From an uncultured delta proteobacterium (GTDB lineage Bacteria > Desulfobacterota > BSN033 > UBA1163), in NCBI GenBank assembly GCA_963708295.1, contig CAVPSJ010000004.1, forward strand, positions 672,001 to 736,000: a stretch of 64,000 nucleotides of DNA, read 5' to 3'. A model generated the notes under the pieces. It was not told where the DNA came from and did not search any database. It was given only the letters and a program-made list of their open reading frames with translations. Position 1 is the stretch's first letter; every line of letters starts with the position of its first letter. Below are positions 51,244-59,859 of the stretch, in pieces. The position numbers were made by a program, and so were the translations under genes.

Positions 51244-52407
51244 TCATCGAATAATCGCTCCTTCCCATAACATGGAAAGAAAGTTACGCCACGGAAGAAT
51301 ATGGATGCTTTCATGTATTCGCGGAGTGCGTTCATTACAGACAAGCAGTGCTTTCTCAGGATGATGCTCTTGTACGAAAGCCCTGAGGTGTCTGAGGTCT
51401 GAATTATCCACGCGACGAGTTCCCTTTACCTCAACTGCAACATGACCATGCCCCAAAATAAAATCCACTTCCTGTCCTGTCTTGGTGCGCCAGAAGTTCA
51501 CCTCATAATTAAGCTCCCTGTACGAACGATGCGCCAGGATCTCCAAGAGAATGAAATGTTCGAGGGCCTTTCCAAACTGCTCTCCCCTTTCTTCGGGAAT
51601 ATGACGCTGCGTGATGGCGCCTGCAACACCCACATCAAATAGGTAGAACTTTCCCGCTTTCGTGATCACCTGTCGCTCTTGCCTTTTCTTATAGGGCTCG
51701 ACTAAGACACCGAGCAGAGTGTCAATGAGAATCTGATAGTACTCCTTGACTGTCTTAGCATCCACTCCACACTCCCTGGCGATATTCGCATAATTCGTCA
51801 GTTCCCCATGGGAGTAGCCCATCGCATCAAAGAACCGGGAAAAGGCAGGAATGTTTCGAGTCAGGCCTTCGTCGAACACCTCCTCTTTGAGATAGTCCCG
51901 GACGTAAGCTTGGAGCGACTTGCCGTATCCCGTCTGGAGATAGTGATCAGGGATCATGCCCCGATTGAGTGACCTAAGAAGGTCCAGGTCTTCAATTTCC
52001 GCGGAGACAAGCGGATGCATTTCATAGCGCCATGCTCGCCCCCCAAGCAGGTTTGCTTTGCCTCGCTTCAGTTTCCTCGCGCTGGAACCGCTGAGAATAA
52101 ACCGTAGACCCTTGTTCTCAATAAGCCAGTGGATCTCGTCGAGCAACTGGGGTGTCTTCTGAACTTCATCGATGATAATCGGCTCTTTCAATTGTTCAGG
52201 CTTTGCCGCCATGAGCTGTTCCCGCAATAGAAAGGGCCGCTTCACAAGCTCGAGAAAAAGGTCGGTTTGCAGCATATCGAAGATCAGACTATTGGGGAAA
52301 GCAGATTTGAGGTACGTTGTCTTTCCCGTTTTCCTCGGCCCCCACAGGAAGGCGGACCGCCCCTTCGGCAAGTCGATTTTCAGCAGTCGGTCGATGATTT
52401 TTCCCAT
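51244..52407 (-). CDS. AAA_14 ATPase with DUF4143 / PD-(D/E)xK C-terminus
   Basis: GPRKTGKT, IDEVQK, LLGGRA, KFYLFDVG, EVDF..VEVK. Confidence 0.9.
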   Translation of the reverse strand: MGKIIDRLLKIDLPKGRSAFLWGPRKTGKTTYLKSAFPNSLIFDMLQTDLFLELVKRPFLLREQLMAAKPEQLKEPIIIDEVQKTPQLLDEIHWLIENKGLRFILSGSSARKLKRGKANLLGGRAWRYEMHPLVSAEIEDLDLLRSLNRGMIPDHYLQTGYGKSLQAYVRDYLKEEVFDEGLTRNIPAFSRFFDAMGYSHGELTNYANIARECGVDAKTVKEYYQILIDTLLGVLVEPYKKRQERQVITKAGKFYLFDVGVAGAITQRHIPEERGEQFGKALEHFILLEILAHRSYRELNYEVNFWRTKTGQEVDFILGHGHVAVEVKGTRRVDNSDLRHLRAFVQEHHPEKALLVCNERTPRIHESIHILPWRNFLSMLWEGAIIR

Positions 52408-52416
52408 GGATTGGAC

Positions 52417-52441
52417 TCCATTTTAGTTTTACTAAAATGGA
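52417..52441. promoter_or_regulatory. perfect 11-bp inverted repeat just upstream of the ATPase start
   Basis: TCCATTTTAGT-TTT-ACTAAAATGGA. Confidence 0.5.
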
Positions 52442-52640
52442 ATAATATCCATTTTGGATCATTTCGTCAACTAGAAAAATCACCGAAAAACCCACCCTTA
52501 TTTTTCTCATTGGAATGAGTTCCCGGAACGATGGAATCCAGATTAAAAACTTAGTTTCCTGGAGTAGGCATCAATGAGGTACAGGGGGTCTTAGGAAGGT
52601 TACAAAAAGTGGGCGGAGGAAAGGAAATGAGAGCCCGAGC

Positions 52641-53315
52641 TCAATTAACAAATTCAGCTTGTCGACAAGGCTTGACAAATCTTCCTACAATCCTCTCTTT
52701 CTTTGAAGCACCTTTCATGCTTCCCTTCGGTCTGTGTCCTTTTTTCTCCTTTAGATAAAACTGTTCTTTCTTAAATTCGCGTTTCTCCCTTTGGAGTTGG
52801 ACTTCCAGCTTGAATTGATTCTCTTTTTGCTTTCCTTTCTTTTCCATGAGTTTTTTCCAGGATTCAAAGCGATCCTTCTTAAATTCGAACCATTCTCGCC
52901 GTAACCTGAGTCTTTCTGCCTTGAGTTCGATATCTTTTCTTTTTAGTTCAAGATTCTCATTCTTTTGTTTAAGGTACTCTCCGATGAGGAAATCCACTAT
53001 TTTCCTATAAAGACCGTTGTCCCCGTTCTCGTTTTCTTTGGTATCCTCATTCTCAGGGCTTGCCAGTATTGATTCGAGGGTAAATTGTTCATCCCCGTCC
53101 TTTCCAATAGGTTTGTACAAGCTCTCCTCTCTGTATTTCTTATTCATATACTGTTTGATAGCCTTGCTTCTAACCCGTCTAACAATGGGAGTAATTTCTT
53201 CTACTGTTTGAGGATTAGATTCAAGAATATCGACCCAGACATCCTGAAAACTATCTTCGTACCGCTCCATGAAAGGCTTCAGATAATTATTGACTTCGGT
53301 TTCATTTAAATTCAT
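52641..53315 (-). CDS. hypothetical protein with sigma-factor-like N-terminus and charged coiled coil
   Basis: EDSFQDVWVDIL, RSKAI, SLYKPIGKDGDEQFTLESIL; E/K/R-rich C-terminus. Confidence 0.55.
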   Translation of the reverse strand: MNLNETEVNNYLKPFMERYEDSFQDVWVDILESNPQTVEEITPIVRRVRSKAIKQYMNKKYREESLYKPIGKDGDEQFTLESILASPENEDTKENENGDNGLYRKIVDFLIGEYLKQKNENLELKRKDIELKAERLRLRREWFEFKKDRFESWKKLMEKKGKQKENQFKLEVQLQREKREFKKEQFYLKEKKGHRPKGSMKGASKKERIVGRFVKPCRQAEFVN

Positions 53316-53510
53316 ACCGGTCACCTTATAGCTTTGGTTTAGACCCTGCATTCGGTTCTCAGCGATGGGTATTATTATAATGGAGATATATCTGAATCAG
53401 GGCTTTCGAAAAAGCTCTCGAAATTCTTGTGAATTGTAATTCCTTCTTTAAGGGTTGACTTCCCGACGAGATGTTTAAACGTCATACGGATATATCACCC
53501 GAGTCTATTC

Positions 53511-53738
53511 TCAAGGTAATTTCAAAAACTCTTCCTCTGTTGACGCTGATTTTCTTATCTAATCCCTTATAAGGCCGCTCTTTAGTGGCTTTCCCTTATG
53601 AACTGGAATCGAAAGTATATTCGAGTTTCCAGTTTTGATAAGTTTCACATGGCTTCCTCTTTGTCCCCTATTAACCCACCCTGCTCTTTCAAGCGCTCTC
53701 ACTACCTTCTCAGGTTTGAGATTATGAAGAGTTGCCAT
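53511..53738 (-). pseudogene. hicA: HicA toxin with in-frame TAG at codon 60
   Basis: MATLHNLKPEKVVRALERAGW...RGSHVKL...SIPVHKGKPLKSGLIRD*IRKSASTEEEFLKLP. Confidence 0.8.
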
Positions 53739-54389
53739 CTAGGCAGCTCTCTTTTTTGGGGTGGTCTCTTTCCTTACCGCTTCTTGGACCTCGAGATGCC
53801 CCTTAATGGCATCTTTTATCATATCCAAAGTCTCCTCAACGCTATCCCCTTGGGTAGAACACCCGGGAAGCTCCGGACATTCCACCCAATAACCCTTGTC
53901 TTCAAGATCCGGATGAAGAATGACCTTAAACGGTCTTTTTGAAACATGAACGATATAAGCTCTGTCCGTTGTCATCTTAGACGTTTTCCCTTTTAAATCG
54001 TTTACCAATTCCCCGATTGCAATGGCAAAGACATACTGTCCCTTTTTCAGGGTATCAATAATTTCCCTATCCTTGTTTGTTAGAACAAAGATCGTCTCCC
54101 CATCTGTTAGGAATCTTAACTGGACCAGAGGTTTTTCTATCTCGGGAAGATGCTTTCTCAGATAATTAAGGCTTTTTCGTATTTTCTGTAATGATAGCCC
54201 CTGATCTCTTAGAAATTTTGCTACTTTAAATTGGATGAGATCCGTAAATGAGTACAGCCTCATCGAACCATAGCCAGAGGCCTCATGAACTGAAGGCTTA
54301 ATGAAATTCGTCCGGTCCCAATAATCAACGACCCTTGGCGGAATCCCTAAGATTTTTGAAACAGTCTTGGAATTGAAGGAGTTGTTCAT
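53739..54389 (-). CDS. MerR-type HTH fused to HicB-like antitoxin domain
   Basis: VDYWDR..FIKPS...RLYS..D, GLSLQKIR; C-terminal YWVECPELPGCSTQGDSVEE. Confidence 0.8.
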   Translation of the reverse strand: MNNSFNSKTVSKILGIPPRVVDYWDRTNFIKPSVHEASGYGSMRLYSFTDLIQFKVAKFLRDQGLSLQKIRKSLNYLRKHLPEIEKPLVQLRFLTDGETIFVLTNKDREIIDTLKKGQYVFAIAIGELVNDLKGKTSKMTTDRAYIVHVSKRPFKVILHPDLEDKGYWVECPELPGCSTQGDSVEETLDMIKDAIKGHLEVQEAVRKETTPKKRAA

Positions 54390-54483
54390 TTAATTCCCTC
54401 CAATGATTTTTAAATTCATCAATGTATTTATAAACCTAATAAAAGTAGGTGTCAAGAAATTTTTAGGCTGGGATAACTGGAGG

Positions 54484-55536
54484 TTATTCCTGAATTCTCT
54501 TGAGGATTGTTTGGGTTGTCTTGTGGTGAAGCTTGGCGATCTTCTTGAGTTCGTCAATTCCCCTTTTCTTAATGATGTCCACCGCAGGCTGAATAACCCT
54601 ATCAGACGCTCCCTTTGGCAAGAGGATTCCATATTCTCGACTCAATTTTTCCATACGCGACAAGAATCGGTCACGAGCCAAGATAGAGGCTCCTGCTACG
54701 GCCGTATAACGTTCAGCTTTGGGGGTTTGGATAAGTCGTAGTTTCCTACCCTTCTCCATAAGCTTGGAAAGGATATACCTCTCGTTGCCAAACTGGTCAG
54801 CGACAGCATAGGAACAAGGATTTTTTTCAAGGAGACTCTCAATGGCCCTTGCATGACCCCAGGCCAAAAGATGATTGAGATTCTTCCTCTCTTTCTTGAA
54901 TTGATCGTATAAATCATTATAGCGTTCCGGCGGTATCTCAACTTCAACAAATTTCCCGTTGCATACGATTCGAATTTCTCCAGCCAGCTCTTGACAACGT
55001 TGATCAGACAAGAGTTTGGAGTCTCGAACTCCCATCGTTTCAAGTCTGGCCGCGGCGGATTCATCTAACCAGACACCCGCAACCACCATAGGACCAAAAT
55101 AATCTCCCTTCCCTGATTCATCTGTTCCAACATGCGGCAACGGGATCTTTTCTTGTGATTCCCCAAAAGATTCTTTTCTAGAATCAAGGCCTACTTCAGG
55201 TTCATATCTTACGTAGTCGTCAACCGAGAGCTTAATGCTGGGGTGCTTTGAATTGTACAAAGTAATAACAGCGTCAAGGATGTTCTTATACAGATTTCCT
55301 CCGACACCCTGGAATTGAAGTTTTCCTTTTGTATACTGTTTTATGATTATTTTTTCTTCCCCGTCTTCAAATCGGTAAGAGTAGTCGCAGTACTGCTCTT
55401 CGCGGCTGCCCGCCGGCTTCAACTCTTTCAACTTTTCCCTTATCCTGAGCCTAAGTTCAGGATCTTTGATCAAAAGAGGTTTTAGTTTAATTTCTTGAAT
55501 CGGGATTTTTGGCATATCCAATCCTTGCCGTTTCAT
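54484..55536 (-). CDS. rnhC: ribonuclease HIII
   Basis: N-terminal YTKGKLQFQG; GTDESGKGDYFGP, DSK, ADQF, ASILAR, AKLH. Confidence 0.88.
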   Translation of the reverse strand: MKRQGLDMPKIPIQEIKLKPLLIKDPELRLRIREKLKELKPAGSREEQYCDYSYRFEDGEEKIIIKQYTKGKLQFQGVGGNLYKNILDAVITLYNSKHPSIKLSVDDYVRYEPEVGLDSRKESFGESQEKIPLPHVGTDESGKGDYFGPMVVAGVWLDESAAARLETMGVRDSKLLSDQRCQELAGEIRIVCNGKFVEVEIPPERYNDLYDQFKKERKNLNHLLAWGHARAIESLLEKNPCSYAVADQFGNERYILSKLMEKGRKLRLIQTPKAERYTAVAGASILARDRFLSRMEKLSREYGILLPKGASDRVIQPAVDIIKKRGIDELKKIAKLHHKTTQTILKRIQE

Positions 55537-55571
55537 AGCGAATTTTCCCTCGAATACCTGATCCCTTGGTG

Positions 55572-56255
55572 TTACTCAACCCCGTATTGTCGACGGCAGG
55601 AGAGAATATAGTTTCTTACATCTTTCTTCGTCTTGTAGATTCCGAAATGGCCTTCACACAGAATATCTGCGTCCAACTCCAGCAACTTTTTCGTTGACCG
55701 GCCATAATCTTCAAGATTCGATCCAAATTCCTTAAGAATTGGACCATGGAGATCCTGAGCAAAGAGGATTCTTTTTCCGTCTTTATCCAGATAGATGCAT
55801 ATTGATCCTGGAGTATGGCCCGGTGTGTGAACACAGATGACTTTCTGATCCCCAATGTCCAGTATTTCTTCCTTGAGACTAAATTTCACATCGACGGGCG
55901 TTGGTGGAAAGCTTGTCTGATACCAGTTGGCGGCTGTCAGAATCGAATCTCCATTCTCTAGTGGCAGGGCATCCAGTTGATGGATGTAGATCTTCGAGCC
56001 AAATCTCCTTCTCATCTCCGGAGCGCCTCCAATATGATCAATGTGACAGTGAGTTAAGAGAATCTTATTCAGGTTCCCGTAGTTAATACCTAACCCATTG
56101 ATATTATTTATAATATATTCTACGCTCCACCCTGCTCCGGTGTCGATCAATATTAATTCATCAAGACTCATGAGATAGACGCATCCATCTCGCCCGTCTG
56201 TAATGTCCGGGCCCCCTACAATGAAAACATCATTCACAATTTCTGATGGTCTCAT
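55572..56255 (-). CDS. MBL-fold metallo-hydrolase
   Basis: THCHIDH, PGHTPG, EGH. Confidence 0.88.
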   Translation of the reverse strand: MRPSEIVNDVFIVGGPDITDGRDGCVYLMSLDELILIDTGAGWSVEYIINNINGLGINYGNLNKILLTHCHIDHIGGAPEMRRRFGSKIYIHQLDALPLENGDSILTAANWYQTSFPPTPVDVKFSLKEEILDIGDQKVICVHTPGHTPGSICIYLDKDGKRILFAQDLHGPILKEFGSNLEDYGRSTKKLLELDADILCEGHFGIYKTKKDVRNYILSCRRQYGVE

Positions 56256-57617
56256 CTACTTTCTCCTCAGACCCTCCTTCAGCCTTCGATAGTCTGCCAT
56301 TGTGAGCCCTTCCCATTGACAGGGTAAAATGGAATTGTTGTGAAACAAGGGTTCATTTTCGATGTCAAATCGTGATGCCTTTATTGCCTTTTCGAATAAC
56401 GGCGTATGGGGAACAGGTGAATATTCTACAAGCATCGGGTTGGCGCCAGACTCTTTCACGAAGGCAATTCCTTCTTCCACTTCCCCTACCCTCTGGCCTG
56501 GCAGCCCAACCATTAAATATACTCCGATTTCTTCGCCTGAGTACCCTACCCTCATTAAATTCTTAACCGCCTTCCGAAATTCCTGATTATCCACCTTACC
56601 GCCGGTTTCAATTTGTGTAGTCTCACTCGATGTTTCAAAGCCTAGACGAATAGTTTTGAACCCACCTCGAAACAGGAGGGAAGCTATTTCTTCATCAATT
56701 TCCCTAATATGGATTGCGTTGGGGACGTGAAAATTGCAAGGGATTCCCCTTTTGATCACTTCTGTCATCATCGGAATGAAATGTTTCGCTGGCTCGATGA
56801 GAAGCGCATCATCATAGAAAGCAATATTATTGACCCCGTGCTTCTTTGTCCAATACTCAATTTCATCAACTGCCCTGAGAGGGTCCCTTGTTGAAAAGCC
56901 CTGTCCTAAGAATGAAGAGGCACAATACGTACACTTAAGCGGGCAACCTTTCGAAGTAGAGATACAGACATAATCTAGTTTAGGATAAAGGTCGAAGGCG
57001 GGATACTGCAAGTTACTGGTTCGGATTGCGCCTGCCTGCGCCGAGGCTTCGGCAGGCAGGGAGTTCGGAGCAGCCTCAAAGCCAGTTAAATCACAAATAA
57101 GTTTTAAAACCTCGAACTCGCCGCGTCCATTCAAGACGATATCCACACCTGAATGCTTTTTTGCATGCTCGTAACAGAGGGTGGCATAGATTCCACCTAA
57201 TATTATGGGGGCATTTACAAAAACTTTCTTTGTTATTTCAATAATTTTAAATACACCTGGGTACCAGTAGGTCATCCCTGAAGTGATGCCGATGATATCT
57301 GGCTTTTCCTCAAGCATTGAGAATCTTTTCAACAGCATTTCCTCAGAGATTCCATATTGGCTGTAATTTCTTGGGATGGGTTTGAGAGGAGGGGGTTTAT
57401 CAATTTTCGTCTTAATAAACTTTCCATCCTGATATTCTTTTCTTTTTATCGAGCAATCGAGGCAGTCCACAAGGGTAACGCGAAACCCCTTGTTTCTTAA
57501 TGAACTGGCGATTCGGAGAAGACCAAGTGGTTTTATCCAGAAATTATATGCCGAGAAATCCGTAATCCATGGATTGATCAAAAGGATGTGGGGGGCTAAA
57601 TGTTTCACGTGAAACAT
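56256..57617 (-). CDS. B12-binding-domain radical SAM protein
   Basis: LINPWITDF, MTYWYPG, GGIYAT, GCPLKCTYC; ATG 57617 (longer ORF-track start runs through the MITE). Confidence 0.85.
   Translation of the reverse strand: MFHVKHLAPHILLINPWITDFSAYNFWIKPLGLLRIASSLRNKGFRVTLVDCLDCSIKRKEYQDGKFIKTKIDKPPPLKPIPRNYSQYGISEEMLLKRFSMLEEKPDIIGITSGMTYWYPGVFKIIEITKKVFVNAPIILGGIYATLCYEHAKKHSGVDIVLNGRGEFEVLKLICDLTGFEAAPNSLPAEASAQAGAIRTSNLQYPAFDLYPKLDYVCISTSKGCPLKCTYCASSFLGQGFSTRDPLRAVDEIEYWTKKHGVNNIAFYDDALLIEPAKHFIPMMTEVIKRGIPCNFHVPNAIHIREIDEEIASLLFRGGFKTIRLGFETSSETTQIETGGKVDNQEFRKAVKNLMRVGYSGEEIGVYLMVGLPGQRVGEVEEGIAFVKESGANPMLVEYSPVPHTPLFEKAIKASRFDIENEPLFHNNSILPCQWEGLTMADYRRLKEGLRRK
57031..57060. repeat. 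30-bp REP-like palindrome inside the radical SAM CDS, in frame
   Basis: CCTGCCTGCGCCGAGGCTTCGGCAGGCAGG, read as LPAEASAQAG. Confidence 0.7.
57601..57616. promoter_or_regulatory. parS: parS centromere-like site
   Basis: Perfect TGTTTCACGTGAAACA next to mnmE. Confidence 0.88.
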
Positions 57618-57633
57618 ATCCAGTTCGGATTTC

Positions 57634-57874
57634 GGTAGTGGGTCAGTTTGGGTCGAGATGTCCATACGGAGCCGAGGGTGGTCTGGTCCCCCGGAGCGGT
57701 TCAGGGGCGCTTCCTTCTTTGTTAAAAGACTTCTCACATCCTCAGTGATGAGGTGATCAGTGGAATGCACGAAGGACCATCCACCGGATCTATGAATACA
57801 ACCGCCCTCCTGAAACGCGAGGAGGAGTAGGCCACCCTCGGCACTCTCCTGCCCGCGGAAACTGACCCACTGCC
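57634..57874. mobile_element. MITE family C, copy 2
   Basis: TIRs GGTAGTGGGTCAGTTT / AAACTGACCCACTGCC; perfect 8-bp TSD CGGATTTC. Confidence 0.9.
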
Positions 57875-57940
57875 CGGATTTCGCCTGCCCTCGCGCCTTC
57901 GCAGGGAAAGCGGAATACGCACAGCTTAGTTTTAACGTAC

Positions 57941-59365
57941 TTATTTCCCAATACAGAACTGGTCGAAAATTCGATTTAAGATCTCTTCGCTGGTTGTCTC
58001 TCCAACTACCTCTCCGAGGGCTTCCAATGCAGAACGAATCTCAAAGGCAATAAACTCAATAGACGTTCCTTCCTCCATTCCCTTTACTGCATTTAAAAGA
58101 TTATCCCTTATTCGAACAAGAGCATCCCTGTGACGGATATTTGCCACGATCGGGTATTCCGGGGTTGACCTGAAATCTCGCTGGATTAAACACGAATAAA
58201 TGGTTTTCTTAAGAGTATCGATTCCATCGCCCTTCAACGCAGAGATTGAGACCATGCTGTCATTCATGAACCGACTTTTCACTTCACCGACGGATACTTC
58301 CTGAGGAAGATCATTCTTATTCAGAATTACCACCTTCCTTTTTCCTTTGACTTCATAAAAGATTTCCTCGTCATCCTCATCGAGAGCTCGACTACCGTCG
58401 AGCATTAACAGGACGAAATCGGACCCCACCAACCGCTCCCTTGCTCTCTTCACCCCTTCTTGCTCAATGGAATCCCTCGCTTTTCTCAAACCTGCAGTAT
58501 CCATCAACCTCACCGGAATTCCGCATATGTTCAGCACTTCTTCAATCACATCCCGGGTTGTTCCCGGGATCGGGGTGACGATTGCTCTTTCCTCTCTCAA
58601 GAGAATATTGAGGAGACTCGACTTACCAACATTGGGCTTTCCGATGATTGCGCACGAGATCCCCTCGCGAAATATTCTCCCCTCCTCGTAGGACGCAATC
58701 CAACCCTCTAGCCTCTGAATCATCCCCTCGATTTCCAGTTCCATTTCTTTTAGCGGGGCGGCGGCGATCTCTTCCTCCGGAAAATCGATATGGGCTTCGA
58801 TCAAGGCCAAATTCTGAACCAAGCTGCTCTTGAGTTGCGCCATCTCTTTGTAAAGCCATCCCTTGAGTTGATGGCTGGCGATTTCCAGACCAGCCATGGT
58901 TTTGGCTTTGATCATATCGATCACCGCTTCGGCTTGCGTGAGATCGATCCGGCCATTAACGAACGCTCGCTTTGTAAACTCCCCTGGAAGGGCCAACCTG
59001 GCCCCATGCATTAATGCCAGCTCCAAAACCTTCTGCAAAACAAAGTAGCCCCCATGGCAATGGATCTCAACAATATCTTCCCTTGTATAGGTTTTCGGAG
59101 ATTTCATCAACACAATCAACACTTCATCAACAACTTTTCCACTCCGATTATCTATGATTTCCCCATAGTGGAAGTGATGAGAAACAAAGCAAGATTGGTT
59201 CCCTTTTGGCCTAAATAACCTCATGGCAATGGCTTCAGCAGATGAACCACTCATGCGTACAATGCCAATACCACTTTCACCAAATGGAGTTGAAATGGCT
59301 GCAATCGTCTCTTCTTCCGTTAAGGGGGTTCTTTTTGAAGAGCTGGGGGCGGGGTCTTTGATCAC
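57941..59365 (-). CDS. mnmE: tRNA modification GTPase MnmE
   Basis: ETIAAIST, GEFTKRAF, GKPNVGKSS, GTTRD, FCIGK. Confidence 0.97.
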   Translation of the reverse strand: MIKDPAPSSSKRTPLTEEETIAAISTPFGESGIGIVRMSGSSAEAIAMRLFRPKGNQSCFVSHHFHYGEIIDNRSGKVVDEVLIVLMKSPKTYTREDIVEIHCHGGYFVLQKVLELALMHGARLALPGEFTKRAFVNGRIDLTQAEAVIDMIKAKTMAGLEIASHQLKGWLYKEMAQLKSSLVQNLALIEAHIDFPEEEIAAAPLKEMELEIEGMIQRLEGWIASYEEGRIFREGISCAIIGKPNVGKSSLLNILLREERAIVTPIPGTTRDVIEEVLNICGIPVRLMDTAGLRKARDSIEQEGVKRARERLVGSDFVLLMLDGSRALDEDDEEIFYEVKGKRKVVILNKNDLPQEVSVGEVKSRFMNDSMVSISALKGDGIDTLKKTIYSCLIQRDFRSTPEYPIVANIRHRDALVRIRDNLLNAVKGMEEGTSIEFIAFEIRSALEALGEVVGETTSEEILNRIFDQFCIGK

Positions 59366-59390
59366 TTTTCTTGAAAACAGATTGAGGAGT

Positions 59391-59849
59391 TTATCCCTCT
59401 TTCTTGACTGGGGTAATCTTTACTCTCTTTAGCTCCCCTTCCCCAAGGCTCTCTGTCTTGAGGAATGGGTCTTCTCCGAGTGTAAGGTGAATGATTCTCC
59501 TGTCATGCGAATTGAAAGGGCCAACGGTCAACGAATATCCGGTCTTCTTGGCTTTTTCACCCATTCGGTGGGCGATGTCAGACACGGTGTCAACCCGTTT
59601 TTTGCGGTAATCGTCGATATCTAGAACTACCCTCATGGCGTTTTTCAATCTTTTGTTCACCATTCGGTTGATGAGCATCTGAAGCGATTCCAGGGTCCGA
59701 CCCTGTTTTCCAATGAGGATTCCCTCGTGATCTCCTCTGATTTCCAAGCAAAGATTCCCTTCTTTTAGGGACCCTTCTACCTCCGTCTTGACCCCCATCC
59801 GCTCGAGCAATCCCATTGTAAGTTCTTTCGCAATCTCGATTTCTTCCAA
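59391..59849 (-). CDS. jag: Jag/EloR/KhpB RNA-binding protein (KH + R3H only)
   Basis: LIGKQGRTLESLQ, DRRIIH, SLGEG; located between yidC and mnmE. Confidence 0.88.
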   Translation of the reverse strand: MEEIEIAKELTMGLLERMGVKTEVEGSLKEGNLCLEIRGDHEGILIGKQGRTLESLQMLINRMVNKRLKNAMRVVLDIDDYRKKRVDTVSDIAHRMGEKAKKTGYSLTVGPFNSHDRRIIHLTLGEDPFLKTESLGEGELKRVKITPVKKEG

Positions 59850-59859
59850 GATTTAATCC

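Noticed and set aside
53559-53561. TAG in hicA read as pyrrolysine
   Set aside because: The position corresponds to a hydrophobic helix residue, there is no pyl context, and toxin inactivation is simpler
57618-57770. N-terminal extension of the radical SAM ORF (and the similar ORF 42043-42426)
   Set aside because: Both are translations of the MITE sequence
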